From: an uncultured Ardenticatenaceae bacterium
Lineage (GTDB): Bacteria; Chloroflexota; Anaerolineae; Promineifilales; Promineifilaceae
DNA length: 55,976 bases
Assembly: GCA_964654505.1 (NCBI GenBank)
Contig: CAZZJN010000001.1
Coordinates: 31,195-87,170, forward strand
Direction: 5' to 3'
Shown here: piece after piece, positions 19,514 to 28,997 of the stretch
How the letters are laid out: every line of letters starts with the position of its first letter
Numbering within the stretch: position 1 is the stretch's first letter
Notes under the pieces: generated by a model
Database searches by the model: none
The model's input: the letters and a program-made list of their open reading frames with translations, nothing else
Told to the model about the DNA's origin: nothing
Program-made: the position numbers and the translations under genes

Positions 19514-20764
19514 ATGAAAGTCCTATTGGTTTCGTTCTTGTTGGATCCCCAACTGGGTGGCGGCGCGTCGACATCTGCAGTTCGATTGGCACGCGGATTG
19601 GTCCAACAGGGCGTTGAGGTTGTGGCAGTGACGACCCATGACAAACCGGAGCCACACCTGACCATCGAGGATGGGATTAAGGTCTACGCGTTTCGACCTC
19701 GTAACTTATATTGGATCGAAAACAAGGATAAGCAGCCGCTCTGGAAAAAAGTCATCTGGCAATCGATCGATATCTGGAACCCTTCTGCCTATCGTTATTT
19801 GAGGCATGTCATCAATGCGGAGAAACCGGATGTCATCCACATCCATAAGCTCCGGGGGTTATCTCCGGCGGTGTGGAGCGCGGCGGCCGCAGAGAATTGT
19901 CGGCCAATCATACAAACCTGTCGTGATTACGAGCTAATCAGTCCTGAGGGCACGCTCAGCACGCGCATAGGCCGGCTGGCATTACAGCAACATTGGTCGA
20001 TGCGTCCTTATCAGGCATTGCGGAGACGCATGTCGAATCAGGTCGATGTAGCTACCGCGCCAAGTCGATTCACGCTGGAGACGATCACCGGGGTAGGTTT
20101 CTTCAGTCGTGCGCAGAAGATCGTCGTGCCCAACACGCATGGTTTGACCGACAGCGAGTTAGCCGCGATAGCAATTCGTACACCTCAGCAATTACAATCC
20201 ACAGGCGGCCTCAAGTTACTCTATCTAGGCCGCCTAGAACCCGAAAAGGGGATCGAAATTCTGTGCCGAGCGTTTGCCGGACTTGCAGACGATTTACCCT
20301 ACCTCTCTCTGGATATCGCCGGAAGTGGAACACAAGAAACAGCCTTGCGCGCCTCATACACGGATATGCCCAGGTTATGTTTTCACGGCCACCTTGCGGG
20401 CGTAGAAAAGGAAAACCTCATCGCTCAGGCAGATGTTCTGGTCATGCCATCTACCTATCAAGAAATATTCGGCAACTCCATTATCGAGACGTATGCATAC
20501 GGTAAACCTGTCATCGCCTCTCGGATCGGTGGCATGCCGGAGCTAGTCGAAGAGGGAATCACCGGCTTGCTGGTGGAGCCAAATGATGTCGAGTCGCTGC
20601 AGGGGGCAATCCGACAATTGTATGCTACCCCAGAAGCAGCGGTAAAAATGAGGTCTGACTGCATTAGGCAAGCCAGATATTACACGATCGAGGCAGTAAC
20701 AACCGCGTACTTGGCAGCCTATGAAACGGGGATGAGCGCGCGACCCGTTTTACCTCGCCACTGA
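19514..20764 (+). CDS. Glycosyltransferase family 4
   Basis: LYLGRLEPEKG, VMPSTYQEIFGNSIIETYAYGKPVIASRIGGMPE (Ex7E). Confidence 0.93.
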   Translation: MKVLLVSFLLDPQLGGGASTSAVRLARGLVQQGVEVVAVTTHDKPEPHLTIEDGIKVYAFRPRNLYWIENKDKQPLWKKVIWQSIDIWNPSAYRYLRHVINAEKPDVIHIHKLRGLSPAVWSAAAAENCRPIIQTCRDYELISPEGTLSTRIGRLALQQHWSMRPYQALRRRMSNQVDVATAPSRFTLETITGVGFFSRAQKIVVPNTHGLTDSELAAIAIRTPQQLQSTGGLKLLYLGRLEPEKGIEILCRAFAGLADDLPYLSLDIAGSGTQETALRASYTDMPRLCFHGHLAGVEKENLIAQADVLVMPSTYQEIFGNSIIETYAYGKPVIASRIGGMPELVEEGITGLLVEPNDVESLQGAIRQLYATPEAAVKMRSDCIRQARYYTIEAVTTAYLAAYETGMSARPVLPRH

Positions 20765-20820
20765 CCACCAACCATTTGGCAAGAGGGAAGAGATAAATCG
20801 CCGCAAGCAGCAGTAAACCT

Positions 20821-21639
20821 ATGAAACAAACAAGAACTATCACTTTCAATCGAATGATCCTGGTTGAAGGCCTGGCTTTCTTTTCAACTCTGGCGGTCTA
20901 TGGGTTGGCATACCTTCTGGTCAGGCCCATGGCTACCGGAGTGGCCATCGCCTGGAGCACGTCGGTGCTCATCCTGATCTTCTACCTCGATCGAAAGCGC
21001 AGCGCAGTCCTGGGGCTGGAAAATCAATACAATGAACTCCGTTCTTTCATCAATCTGCAGTCCATGTTAAATCCGGCTTTCCTGCCGCACAGCTATTGGG
21101 CCATGGAGCCGACCGATTTGCAGAATCTGCTGGCGACAATCCAATATCATCAGTACCGAACGGTGGTTGAATGTGGAGCAGGGATGTCGACACTATTGAT
21201 CGGCAAATTGTTGAAGCAACTAGGCGGTGGCCATATCTATTCCCTGGATGAGGATGAAAACTGGTTCGAGGTTATGCGCATGGCCGTCGCCGTCAACGAT
21301 CTGACTGATTATGTGACGGTTATTCATGCCCCGCTCGTGCCCAATGCCGAATCGGGTGAGCTGTGGTATGCCCCCGAACAGGCTCAGCAAATTCTGGGGA
21401 GTGTCGTCCGCATCGACGTCCTGGTGGTCGACGGGCCTAAATCGGTCTCAGCCTTGTCGCGATCCCCGGCGTTGCCGTTCTTTGCGGGGGCGCTGGATAG
21501 CAACAGCTTAATCGTGCTCGATGACAGCCGCCGCAACAATGAAAGAGCGGTCATTGAACATTGGCTCGAACGGTTCAATATCGAGATTGAGCAACGCAGC
21601 GGATCGCTTAAAAGCCAGGCGTATATCCGCCTTCGCTGA
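20821..21639 (+). CDS. Class I SAM-dependent methyltransferase with N-terminal TM helices
   Basis: Two hydrophobic helices, then VVECGAGMST, YSLDED, IDVLVVDGP, LIVLDD. Confidence 0.8.
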   Translation: MKQTRTITFNRMILVEGLAFFSTLAVYGLAYLLVRPMATGVAIAWSTSVLILIFYLDRKRSAVLGLENQYNELRSFINLQSMLNPAFLPHSYWAMEPTDLQNLLATIQYHQYRTVVECGAGMSTLLIGKLLKQLGGGHIYSLDEDENWFEVMRMAVAVNDLTDYVTVIHAPLVPNAESGELWYAPEQAQQILGSVVRIDVLVVDGPKSVSALSRSPALPFFAGALDSNSLIVLDDSRRNNERAVIEHWLERFNIEIEQRSGSLKSQAYIRLR

Positions 21640-21686
21640 ACAATAGACACACCAAGCCCCAAATTGCGAAATAAGTATCAGTTACA

Positions 21687-23096
21687 ATGAACATGAGTGT
21701 ATCTCAACATCAGCAACCCTTGCCGGAAGCTCCGCCCAAGCGCTCGTTGTCGTTGCCCTTCATCGATACTGAGCCACTGTTCGATGTTCAATTGGCGTTT
21801 TTATTGTTGCCCGTATGGTGGCTATTGGGCGTGGAGCAGTTTATCTGGCCGATCGTCTTTGGCTGGGCCACACTTAAATTGCTTTATCTACAACGATTGC
21901 GAGTCGCGGCAAATCCTCCGTTACGCTGGTTTGCAGCATTTCTCGTAGCGGTTATGTTTTCGAGCTTGTTCATCGTTGAACCGGAGCGATGGTTCTCGTT
22001 TGTGCGCAATCTGGGTGCTTTCACGGCCGGGTTCCTGGTGCTGCTGATCATCACCAACCGCGCTCGCTCATGGAAAAATATTGAGAAAACACTCGACGTC
22101 ACCTTGATCACGATATTGGTCGCAGGTAGTATGGGACTATTGGCTATCGTCGGCATATGGCGGCCTCAAATACACTCCTTCATCGGAAACCTCCTGCCCT
22201 CCGCAGTGGCCAATACAAGCTATGGCCAAACAATCGTGATACGTACCTTGGGCGATCGCGCCTGGTTCGCAGGTTTGGGGAACTATTTCCGGCTCAGCGG
22301 TCTATTCCTATTCAGCAACAGTTATTCCAGCGCTCTGGTCTACACTATCCCGTTTCTATTCTATAAACTCAGTCAAAAACGAGGACTCGCGAAAATCCCT
22401 TGGGGAATGGGGATTCTCCTGCTATTAATCAATCTCGTTTATACGACCGGTCGCGTAGCAACCATTGCGCTATTAGTGGGAGCGATCTTTTTTGGATTGT
22501 TATATAGCAAGCAGCGTCGAATAAACCGGGTATTCATGAGCCTCGGCCTTTCCATGGCGATCGTATTGGTCCTCCTCACGGCCGCTCTTGAGTTATCCGG
22601 TAGCGGATCAGGCACAGGACTTACCGATCAGGCGACCGAGGCTGTGGGCGCCCTCGTCTTCGCTCGTGGGTCGGGGAGCTTTACAAGTCGATTTGGCGTC
22701 TATGAGGCTACGCTGTCCAGCTTTATGGAACGACCGCTGCTGGGCTGGGGCACTGAACGCGACCATCCAGGTTTAAGATTTCCTATGGGGTCTCATAGCG
22801 AATATTTAGCCATCCTGTACCGTCATGGACTAATAGGATTTACTGCACTGGCGGGCATGCTCATCTCCACCTGGATCGTCACACGACCGCCGCGCAGTAT
22901 GGCTGCGTACACTAAAGAAAGAACGTTCCTGTGTTATGGCCGCTGGTTCATCGTAACCGCAATCGTGAATAATATCATGAACAATCCCTCGACGGACGCC
23001 ACAGCCTATGTTTTCCTATGGACGATCATCGGTCTGCTGGTAGCCACAGCTCTACAGATAAACAAACAGAGCGATGATACGCCCGCAACCAATTAA
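21687..23096 (+). CDS. O-antigen ligase/Wzy-like polymerase family membrane protein
   Basis: Multi-TM; RLSGLF..SN, TTGR, R..VY......ERPLLGWG, HSEYL..LYRHGLIG (Wzy_C-like). Confidence 0.85.
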   Translation: MNMSVSQHQQPLPEAPPKRSLSLPFIDTEPLFDVQLAFLLLPVWWLLGVEQFIWPIVFGWATLKLLYLQRLRVAANPPLRWFAAFLVAVMFSSLFIVEPERWFSFVRNLGAFTAGFLVLLIITNRARSWKNIEKTLDVTLITILVAGSMGLLAIVGIWRPQIHSFIGNLLPSAVANTSYGQTIVIRTLGDRAWFAGLGNYFRLSGLFLFSNSYSSALVYTIPFLFYKLSQKRGLAKIPWGMGILLLLINLVYTTGRVATIALLVGAIFFGLLYSKQRRINRVFMSLGLSMAIVLVLLTAALELSGSGSGTGLTDQATEAVGALVFARGSGSFTSRFGVYEATLSSFMERPLLGWGTERDHPGLRFPMGSHSEYLAILYRHGLIGFTALAGMLISTWIVTRPPRSMAAYTKERTFLCYGRWFIVTAIVNNIMNNPSTDATAYVFLWTIIGLLVATALQINKQSDDTPATN

Positions 23097-23835
23097 AATC
23101 CTTGGTATCCAGGTCCACTCCTTGACTGTGGATCAATTGCATGAGGAACTGGCCGAATTGATCGACGCCGGGGCGCATGCGGAAGTGCTGAATGTCAATA
23201 TCAATTGCATAAACCTGGCCGTTGCAAACCCCTGGTTACGGGATTACCTCAATCAGGCTGAGATTGTCTTTTGCGACGGCGCGGGGGTTTTACTGGGAGC
23301 GCGAATCCTGGGACACCATATTCCCGAACGCATCACCTATGCCGACTGGATGTGGCAGTTGGGCGAATTCGTTGCGGAGCGAGGTTACACGCTCTACTTC
23401 CTGGGGGCCGGGCCGGGGGTCGCCCAACGCGCGGCCGAGTGCATGCAAGAGCGTATTCCCAGCCTGAAGATAGTCGGTCTACGCGACGGCTATTTTGAGA
23501 AAGTGAACGGGCACCCCGAGAACGAGGCAGTAATACGCGAAATCAACGAGAAACGGCCAAACATCCTCGTTGTCGGCATGGGTATGCCGGTACAGGAGCG
23601 ATGGTTGCATGATAACTGGGGTCGCATTGACGCAAACATCGCCCTGACCGGTGGCGCAGTGTTTGAGTATTTGTCGGGTAATCTCAGACGTGCACCAACC
23701 TGGATGACCAACAATGGTCTGGAATGGCTAGGCAGGCTCGTCATTGATCCGGGTCGACTCTGGCAACGTTACCTGGTCGGCAATCCCGTTTTTCTGGCTC
23801 GGGTATTATGGGAGCGCTTCTTCGGCCGTCGCTGA
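23074..23835 (+). CDS. WecB/TagA/CpsF (WecG-like) glycosyltransferase
   Basis: DGAGV, LYFLGA, DGYF, LVVGMGMPVQERW, RAP.WM...GLEWL.RL..DP.RLW.RY. Confidence 0.93.
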   Translation: MIRPQPIKILGIQVHSLTVDQLHEELAELIDAGAHAEVLNVNINCINLAVANPWLRDYLNQAEIVFCDGAGVLLGARILGHHIPERITYADWMWQLGEFVAERGYTLYFLGAGPGVAQRAAECMQERIPSLKIVGLRDGYFEKVNGHPENEAVIREINEKRPNILVVGMGMPVQERWLHDNWGRIDANIALTGGAVFEYLSGNLRRAPTWMTNNGLEWLGRLVIDPGRLWQRYLVGNPVFLARVLWERFFGRR

Positions 23836-23852
23836 TTTGGTTGGCGCAACAG

Positions 23853-25913
23853 TCAACCGGCGGCCGCGCCATCGAGTTGCTCTGCCAGCGCCCCCGGCTC
23901 GTTCACCGGCAGACGGCAGACAAACCGGCGACATACATACGCCGTCGCCCGATCGTTGAGGCGCGGCCGGTCGGCCAGCAGCGGAATAATCCCGGCGGCC
24001 GCGTCATCGCCCACAGCCACAACCAGATCGGGCCGATAGCGGCTGTTCACCACATCCAGCAGCGCCCGGGTGTCGGCCGCGCCGGGGTTCCCGGCAATGG
24101 CCGCCTCCTGTGGTTGCCCCAGGATGAGCGTCGCCGCGGCGAGCCATTGCGAGAACGCGCCGGGGTAGCGAGCCATCGGGTCGGTGAGGGCCGCGACCAT
24201 CGCTTCGGCCGTGTCCCAATAGCCGCCCTCGCCGGTGTAGAGGCCCAACAGGAGCAACACCTGCGCCGCCATGCTGTTGCCGCTGGGCGTGGCGTTGTCC
24301 TGCAAATCCTTGGGTCGGTGGAGCAACGGTTCATGGTCGTCGGAGGTGTCATAGAAGCCGCCCCCGGCGTCGTCACTGAAGTGGATCATCGTCCGGTCGA
24401 CCAGTTCCCGCGCCCAGGCAAACCAGCGCGGCTCGAACGTCGTCCGGTAGAGGGCCAGCAAGCCGTCGGCCAGGAAAGCGTAATCTTCCAGATAGCCGTT
24501 GTACCGCGCCCCCGCCCCCGCCTTCCACGAGCGCAGCAGGCGGCCGTCGTCCTGTCGCAGATTCGCCCACAGAAATTCGGCGTTCCGGGTGGCGATATCG
24601 GTGTAATCGGGTCGATTCAGCGCCCCCCCGGCCTCGGCAAAGGCGGCCAGCATCAGACCGTTCCAGGCGGTCAACACTTTGTCATCCAGCCCCGGCCAGA
24701 CACGACCGGCGCGCACTTCATAGAGGGTCTGTCGATTCGCCGCCAGACGTCGCTCCAGCTCGGCCTCATCCAGCTCGTACAAGGCGGCGACCTCGGCCGG
24801 GTCGCGCGGCCGGTTCAGGATGTTGTGGCCTTCCCAATTGCCCCGATCACCGACGTCATAGGCAACCATGAACAGTTCGGCGTCGGGGCCTAGGGCAGCG
24901 CGAATCTCGGCCGCCGACCAGACATAGAACTTGCCCTCCTCGCCCTCGCTGTCGGCGTCGTAGCTGCTGTAGAATCCGCCCGACTCGTGGCACATCTCGC
25001 GGACAACGAAGTCCAGCGTCTCTTCCACAATGCGCCGGTAGAGCGGCTTGCCCGTCACCTGCCAGGCATGGAGGTAAACCCGCGCCAGCAAGGCGTTGTC
25101 ATAGAGCATCTTTTCAAAATGGGGAACCAGCCAGCGGTCGTCGGTCGAATAGCGCGCAAAGCCGCCGCCGATCTGGTCGTAGATGCCGCCACGAGCCATC
25201 ATGGTCAGCGTGTGCTCCACCATACGCAGGGCCATCGTGTCGCCCCGCTGCGCATGCACGCGCAACAGAAATTCCAGCGTCATCGATGATGGGAACTTGG
25301 GGGCCTGGCCGAAGCCGCCCAGTTTGGCGTCGAACGTGTGCAGCAGCCCGTCGAGCGCCCGGTCAATCAGATCGGCGTTCAGAGTGCCACCACCGCCAAA
25401 CGCCTCGGCCGATGAGATTTCTTGCAGATGGACGGCGATCTCCCCGGCGCTGCGCTCGATCTCCTCGCGCCGCTTGCCCCAGGCGTCAGCCACCGCCAGC
25501 AACACCTGTTTGAAGGCGGGCATGCCGTGGCGCGGGACGGGCGGGTAGTAGGTTCCGCCGAAGAACGGCCGTCCGTCGGGCGTCGCAATCACCGTCATCG
25601 GCCAACCGCCCTGGCCGGTCATCGCCTGCACCGCGCTCATGTAGATACTGTCCAGGTCAGGCCGCTCTTCACGGTCAACCTTTATATTGACATAATATCT
25701 ATTCATGATCTCGGCCGTCGCCGGATCTTCGAAAGATTCGTGGGCCATGACGTGGCACCAGTGACAGGCGGCATAGCCGATGCTCAGCAGGATGGGCTTG
25801 TCTTCGTCGCGGGCGCGTTGCAGCGCCTCTTCGCCCCACGGGTACCAGTCGACCGGGTTTTCGGCATGCTGGCGCAAATAGGGGCTGGTCTCACCGGCCA
25901 ATCGGTTGGTCAT
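23853..25913 (-). CDS. Thioredoxin-domain protein, YyaL/DUF255 (SSP411) family
   Basis: [53 protein letters not shown]. Confidence 0.93.
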   Translation of the reverse strand: MTNRLAGETSPYLRQHAENPVDWYPWGEEALQRARDEDKPILLSIGYAACHWCHVMAHESFEDPATAEIMNRYYVNIKVDREERPDLDSIYMSAVQAMTGQGGWPMTVIATPDGRPFFGGTYYPPVPRHGMPAFKQVLLAVADAWGKRREEIERSAGEIAVHLQEISSAEAFGGGGTLNADLIDRALDGLLHTFDAKLGGFGQAPKFPSSMTLEFLLRVHAQRGDTMALRMVEHTLTMMARGGIYDQIGGGFARYSTDDRWLVPHFEKMLYDNALLARVYLHAWQVTGKPLYRRIVEETLDFVVREMCHESGGFYSSYDADSEGEEGKFYVWSAAEIRAALGPDAELFMVAYDVGDRGNWEGHNILNRPRDPAEVAALYELDEAELERRLAANRQTLYEVRAGRVWPGLDDKVLTAWNGLMLAAFAEAGGALNRPDYTDIATRNAEFLWANLRQDDGRLLRSWKAGAGARYNGYLEDYAFLADGLLALYRTTFEPRWFAWARELVDRTMIHFSDDAGGGFYDTSDDHEPLLHRPKDLQDNATPSGNSMAAQVLLLLGLYTGEGGYWDTAEAMVAALTDPMARYPGAFSQWLAAATLILGQPQEAAIAGNPGAADTRALLDVVNSRYRPDLVVAVGDDAAAGIIPLLADRPRLNDRATAYVCRRFVCRLPVNEPGALAEQLDGAAAG

Positions 25914-26047
25914 ACATCACTCCTCGGGTCGCTCGGGCGATATTCGGCTTGGCTCATGGTCACCATCCCTATCATCGCCCCACGGCCGCGTCCGGGCATT
26001 ATAGTCCATCGATCTGATTGGGCGAAACCGGTTGACCGTCGGAACCA

Positions 26048-26073
26048 TGAAACTTAATCCTGTCTGCTGCGTA
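26048..26073 (+). promoter_or_regulatory. ECF sigma-type promoter upstream of yccF
   Basis: TGAAAC-N16-CGTA, matching the SigW-class consensus. Confidence 0.6.
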
Positions 26074-26136
26074 ATGAGTATTGATGCCGGATAACGACAC
26101 CATCAAGCAACAGTTAATCCGGCCAATAGAGGAGCA

Positions 26137-26505
26137 ATGAGTTTTTTAGGCAATATCATCTGGTTAATCTTTGGCGGGCTGATCGCCGGCGTGGGCTACA
26201 TCCTGGGCGGCTTCCTGCTTTGCCTCACCATCATCGGCATTCCGTTCGGCGTGAAAGCCATGCAACTGGGCGTCGCCACGCTGACCCCGTTCGGCAAGAC
26301 AATCATCCCAACCGCGCGAGGCGAAGGCTGCCTGTCGCTGATGCTCAACATCATTTGGATCCTGTTGTTCGGCTGGGAGATCGCCCTGGCCCATCTGATC
26401 AGCGCCGGCGTGCTGGCGATCACGATCATCGGCATCCCCTTTGCCGCGCAACACATCAAGCTGATCCCGGTAGCGTTCGCGCCGTTCAGCTACCGACTGG
26501 AGTAG
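26137..26505 (+). CDS. YccF domain inner membrane protein
   Basis: LGNIIWLIFGG...TIIGIPF...PFG duplicated half-domains. Confidence 0.92.
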   Translation: MSFLGNIIWLIFGGLIAGVGYILGGFLLCLTIIGIPFGVKAMQLGVATLTPFGKTIIPTARGEGCLSLMLNIIWILLFGWEIALAHLISAGVLAITIIGIPFAAQHIKLIPVAFAPFSYRLE

Positions 26506-26634
26506 CCGTCGAGATATCGATCGCGCCCGGCGCGCATCGAGGTCAATCAACAGACCGCGATTTCGACTGATTGTCGCCCCTGTGGCACAATCGGCTGAAA
26601 CTGCGGTCTTTTTTATTTGACAAGGGAGGTAGCC

Positions 26635-27426
26635 ATGAGCGAGTTGGTCACCACACAACAGCACGACGGTCTGTTCGAGATCGCTCTCAACCGGCCGGAA
26701 AAGCGCAACGCCATCAGTCTGGAGCTATTCAAGGCGTTCGATGCCGCCATCACGGCCGCCAATCGCACGCCGGGAATCCGCGCCGTCCTCATTCGCGGCG
26801 AGGGCGAGAGCTTCTCCGCGGGCATCGACGTCTCCGCCTTGCTGGGGTTGGCGCAAACCCACGGCCCGCACTGGCAACAGCGGATGCGCTCTATTACCGA
26901 TGAGTTCCAAGGGGTTCTGACCCGGCTGGAGCGGCTGGAAATGCCGACCATCGCCCTGCTGCACGGCCACTGTCTGGGTCTGGCCTTCGAGCTGGCGCTG
27001 GCCTGCGACCTGCGCATCGCCGCGGAAAATACGGCGCTGGGTTTGCCGGAGACCTTGCTGGGTATCATTCCCGACGTTGGCGGCACAACCCGGTTGACGC
27101 GGCTCGTCGGTCCGGCACGCGCCAAGGAATTGATCTTCACCGGCCGTCGCATGGATGCCTCGGCGGCCGAGAAGTGGGGGATCGTCAATTACGTGGTGCC
27201 TCGCGAGGAGTTGACGGCCAAAGGGGAAGCCCTGGCGGCCGAGATCGCCCAGGCCGCGCCCTTGGCCGTGGGCATGGCCAAGCGCGTCATCGATGGGCTG
27301 GCCGATATCGACCGCGGCCTGATGCTGGAGGGTTGGGCACAAAGCCAGTTATTCGCCACCGAGGACTTTCTGGAAGGCGCGCAGGCGTTCATGACGCGCC
27401 GGCCGCCGAATTTCAAGGGGCGTTAG
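26635..27426 (+). CDS. Enoyl-CoA hydratase/isomerase family protein
   Basis: LNRPEKRNA, FSAGID, ELALACDLRIA, PETLLGIIPD, AKELIFTG; GGGAGG RBS. Confidence 0.93.
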   Translation: MSELVTTQQHDGLFEIALNRPEKRNAISLELFKAFDAAITAANRTPGIRAVLIRGEGESFSAGIDVSALLGLAQTHGPHWQQRMRSITDEFQGVLTRLERLEMPTIALLHGHCLGLAFELALACDLRIAAENTALGLPETLLGIIPDVGGTTRLTRLVGPARAKELIFTGRRMDASAAEKWGIVNYVVPREELTAKGEALAAEIAQAAPLAVGMAKRVIDGLADIDRGLMLEGWAQSQLFATEDFLEGAQAFMTRRPPNFKGR

Positions 27427-27558
27427 GCCATGATTCGCGCCCGCCATCATCCGGCCGGCTATCATGAAGGCCTGATTTGGATTGGCCACAAAGGGCCGGA
27501 TATGCTATCTTAAGAGGCAATCAATCGTACTAACGGTGAAATATGGGAGGCGATCAAG

Positions 27559-27969
27559 ATGGGGATTAAGTTTGCAACTGATGAGTGGGGCAAGGCATTG
27601 ATGGATGCTGTGAACAACAGCGATGCTTATGCCAAAGCCGCCTCGAAATGGGAAGGGGACTTCTACTTCATCACCACCGCCGGCGCAGGTGTCCCAAAGG
27701 ATACCTATTTGTATCTGGACCTCTGGCACGGCAAGGCTCGCGACGCTTATGTTGTCGAGGACCCCGCCTCCAAAAAGGTCGCCTTTGAATTGAGCGCCAG
27801 CATCGATACCTGGCGCAAGGTCATGGAGAAGAAGATCGACCCGATCCGCGGCATCATGTCCGGCCAGCTCAAGCTCAAGGGCAATATGATGACCGTGCTT
27901 AAGGCGCCCAAGGCGGCGACCGAGCTGGTGGCCGCGGCGATGAAAGTGGATACGGATTGGCCGCAATAG
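27559..27969 (+). CDS. SCP2 sterol-binding domain protein
   Basis: W.K...K.IDPIRGIMSGQLKLKGNM, the SCP2 signature. Confidence 0.85.
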   Translation: MGIKFATDEWGKALMDAVNNSDAYAKAASKWEGDFYFITTAGAGVPKDTYLYLDLWHGKARDAYVVEDPASKKVAFELSASIDTWRKVMEKKIDPIRGIMSGQLKLKGNMMTVLKAPKAATELVAAAMKVDTDWPQ

Positions 27970-28057
27970 ATTTGCGGTCGCAATAAGACTACGGTAGAGA
28001 TAAGTCCGCGGCCGCGTCGGGTCGTTGCCCGCACCTTCTGACAATACATATTGAGCC

Positions 28058-28903
28058 ATGAACAGTAATAACGGGCGGCTGAAGATAGGTTTGGCGCTGG
28101 GTGGCGGGGTGGCCCGCGGGCTCGCCCACGTCGGCGTCCTCTCCGAGCTGGAGCGAGCCGGCGTGCCCATCGACTGCATCGCCGGAACCAGTATCGGCGC
28201 CTTGATTGGGGCTTCCTACTGTGCCGGCCTGGAGGTCGACGAGCTGCGGGACATCGCCGCCCGCACCGGCTGGTGGCAAGTCTCTCGCCCCTTCTTCTCG
28301 GCCGGCGGTCTGGTCACCTTCAAGCAACTCGAAAACTGGTTCATCGACAACGTCGGCGAGTTTGAGGTAGAGGATCTGGCCATCCCCTTTGCGGCAGTGG
28401 CCAGCGATCTGAACACCGGTGAGCGCGTCGTACTGCAAAAGGGCCGCCTGACCACCGCCGTCCGGGCCAGTTGCTCCGTGCCCGGCTTCGTCCCGCCGGT
28501 GGAGATCGGCGACCGTATCCTGGTTGACGGCGGTATCACCGACAACATCCCCGCCGATGTGGCCCGACTCCTGGGCGCCGACTATGTGATTGGCGTCGAT
28601 ATCTTCATGCCCGCCCTGCGCCCCCGTCTCGGCCCCTTCAGCTTGGGGATCGCCGCCATCGAAACCCTGATCAGAAACGCCGGCAACGGCAGCGATGAAT
28701 GCGATTGCCTCATCGTGCCTGAGATGAAGAGGGTGTCCTACTTCAAGTTCTCCGACTATGCGCAACTGATCGCCCTGGGGGAGGAGGCGACGCGCCGGGC
28801 CTTGCCGTCCATCCTCAGCGCGATACGGCGCGTGGAAACCGCTCCACGGCTGGTTCGGTCTAGCCCCCCGCCTGAATTGGGCACGATCCACAGCCCGAAC
28901 TAG
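28058..28903 (+). CDS. Patatin-like phospholipase
   Basis: LALGGGVARGLAHVGV, GTSIG, VDGG. Confidence 0.93.
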   Translation: MNSNNGRLKIGLALGGGVARGLAHVGVLSELERAGVPIDCIAGTSIGALIGASYCAGLEVDELRDIAARTGWWQVSRPFFSAGGLVTFKQLENWFIDNVGEFEVEDLAIPFAAVASDLNTGERVVLQKGRLTTAVRASCSVPGFVPPVEIGDRILVDGGITDNIPADVARLLGADYVIGVDIFMPALRPRLGPFSLGIAAIETLIRNAGNGSDECDCLIVPEMKRVSYFKFSDYAQLIALGEEATRRALPSILSAIRRVETAPRLVRSSPPPELGTIHSPN

Positions 28904-28997
28904 GCTGCACCGGGCCTCATCCTCGCGCCGCTTGAATCTTATGCTTTCCTGAAGTCGCTTTGCCTGCCGGGCACTTCGGGCCTAAAATCGGCCTTCG

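Noticed and set aside
23808-24893. 361-aa plus-strand ORF
   Set aside because: Antisense to the well-supported yyaL gene, with Arg/Gly/Pro-rich shadow composition.
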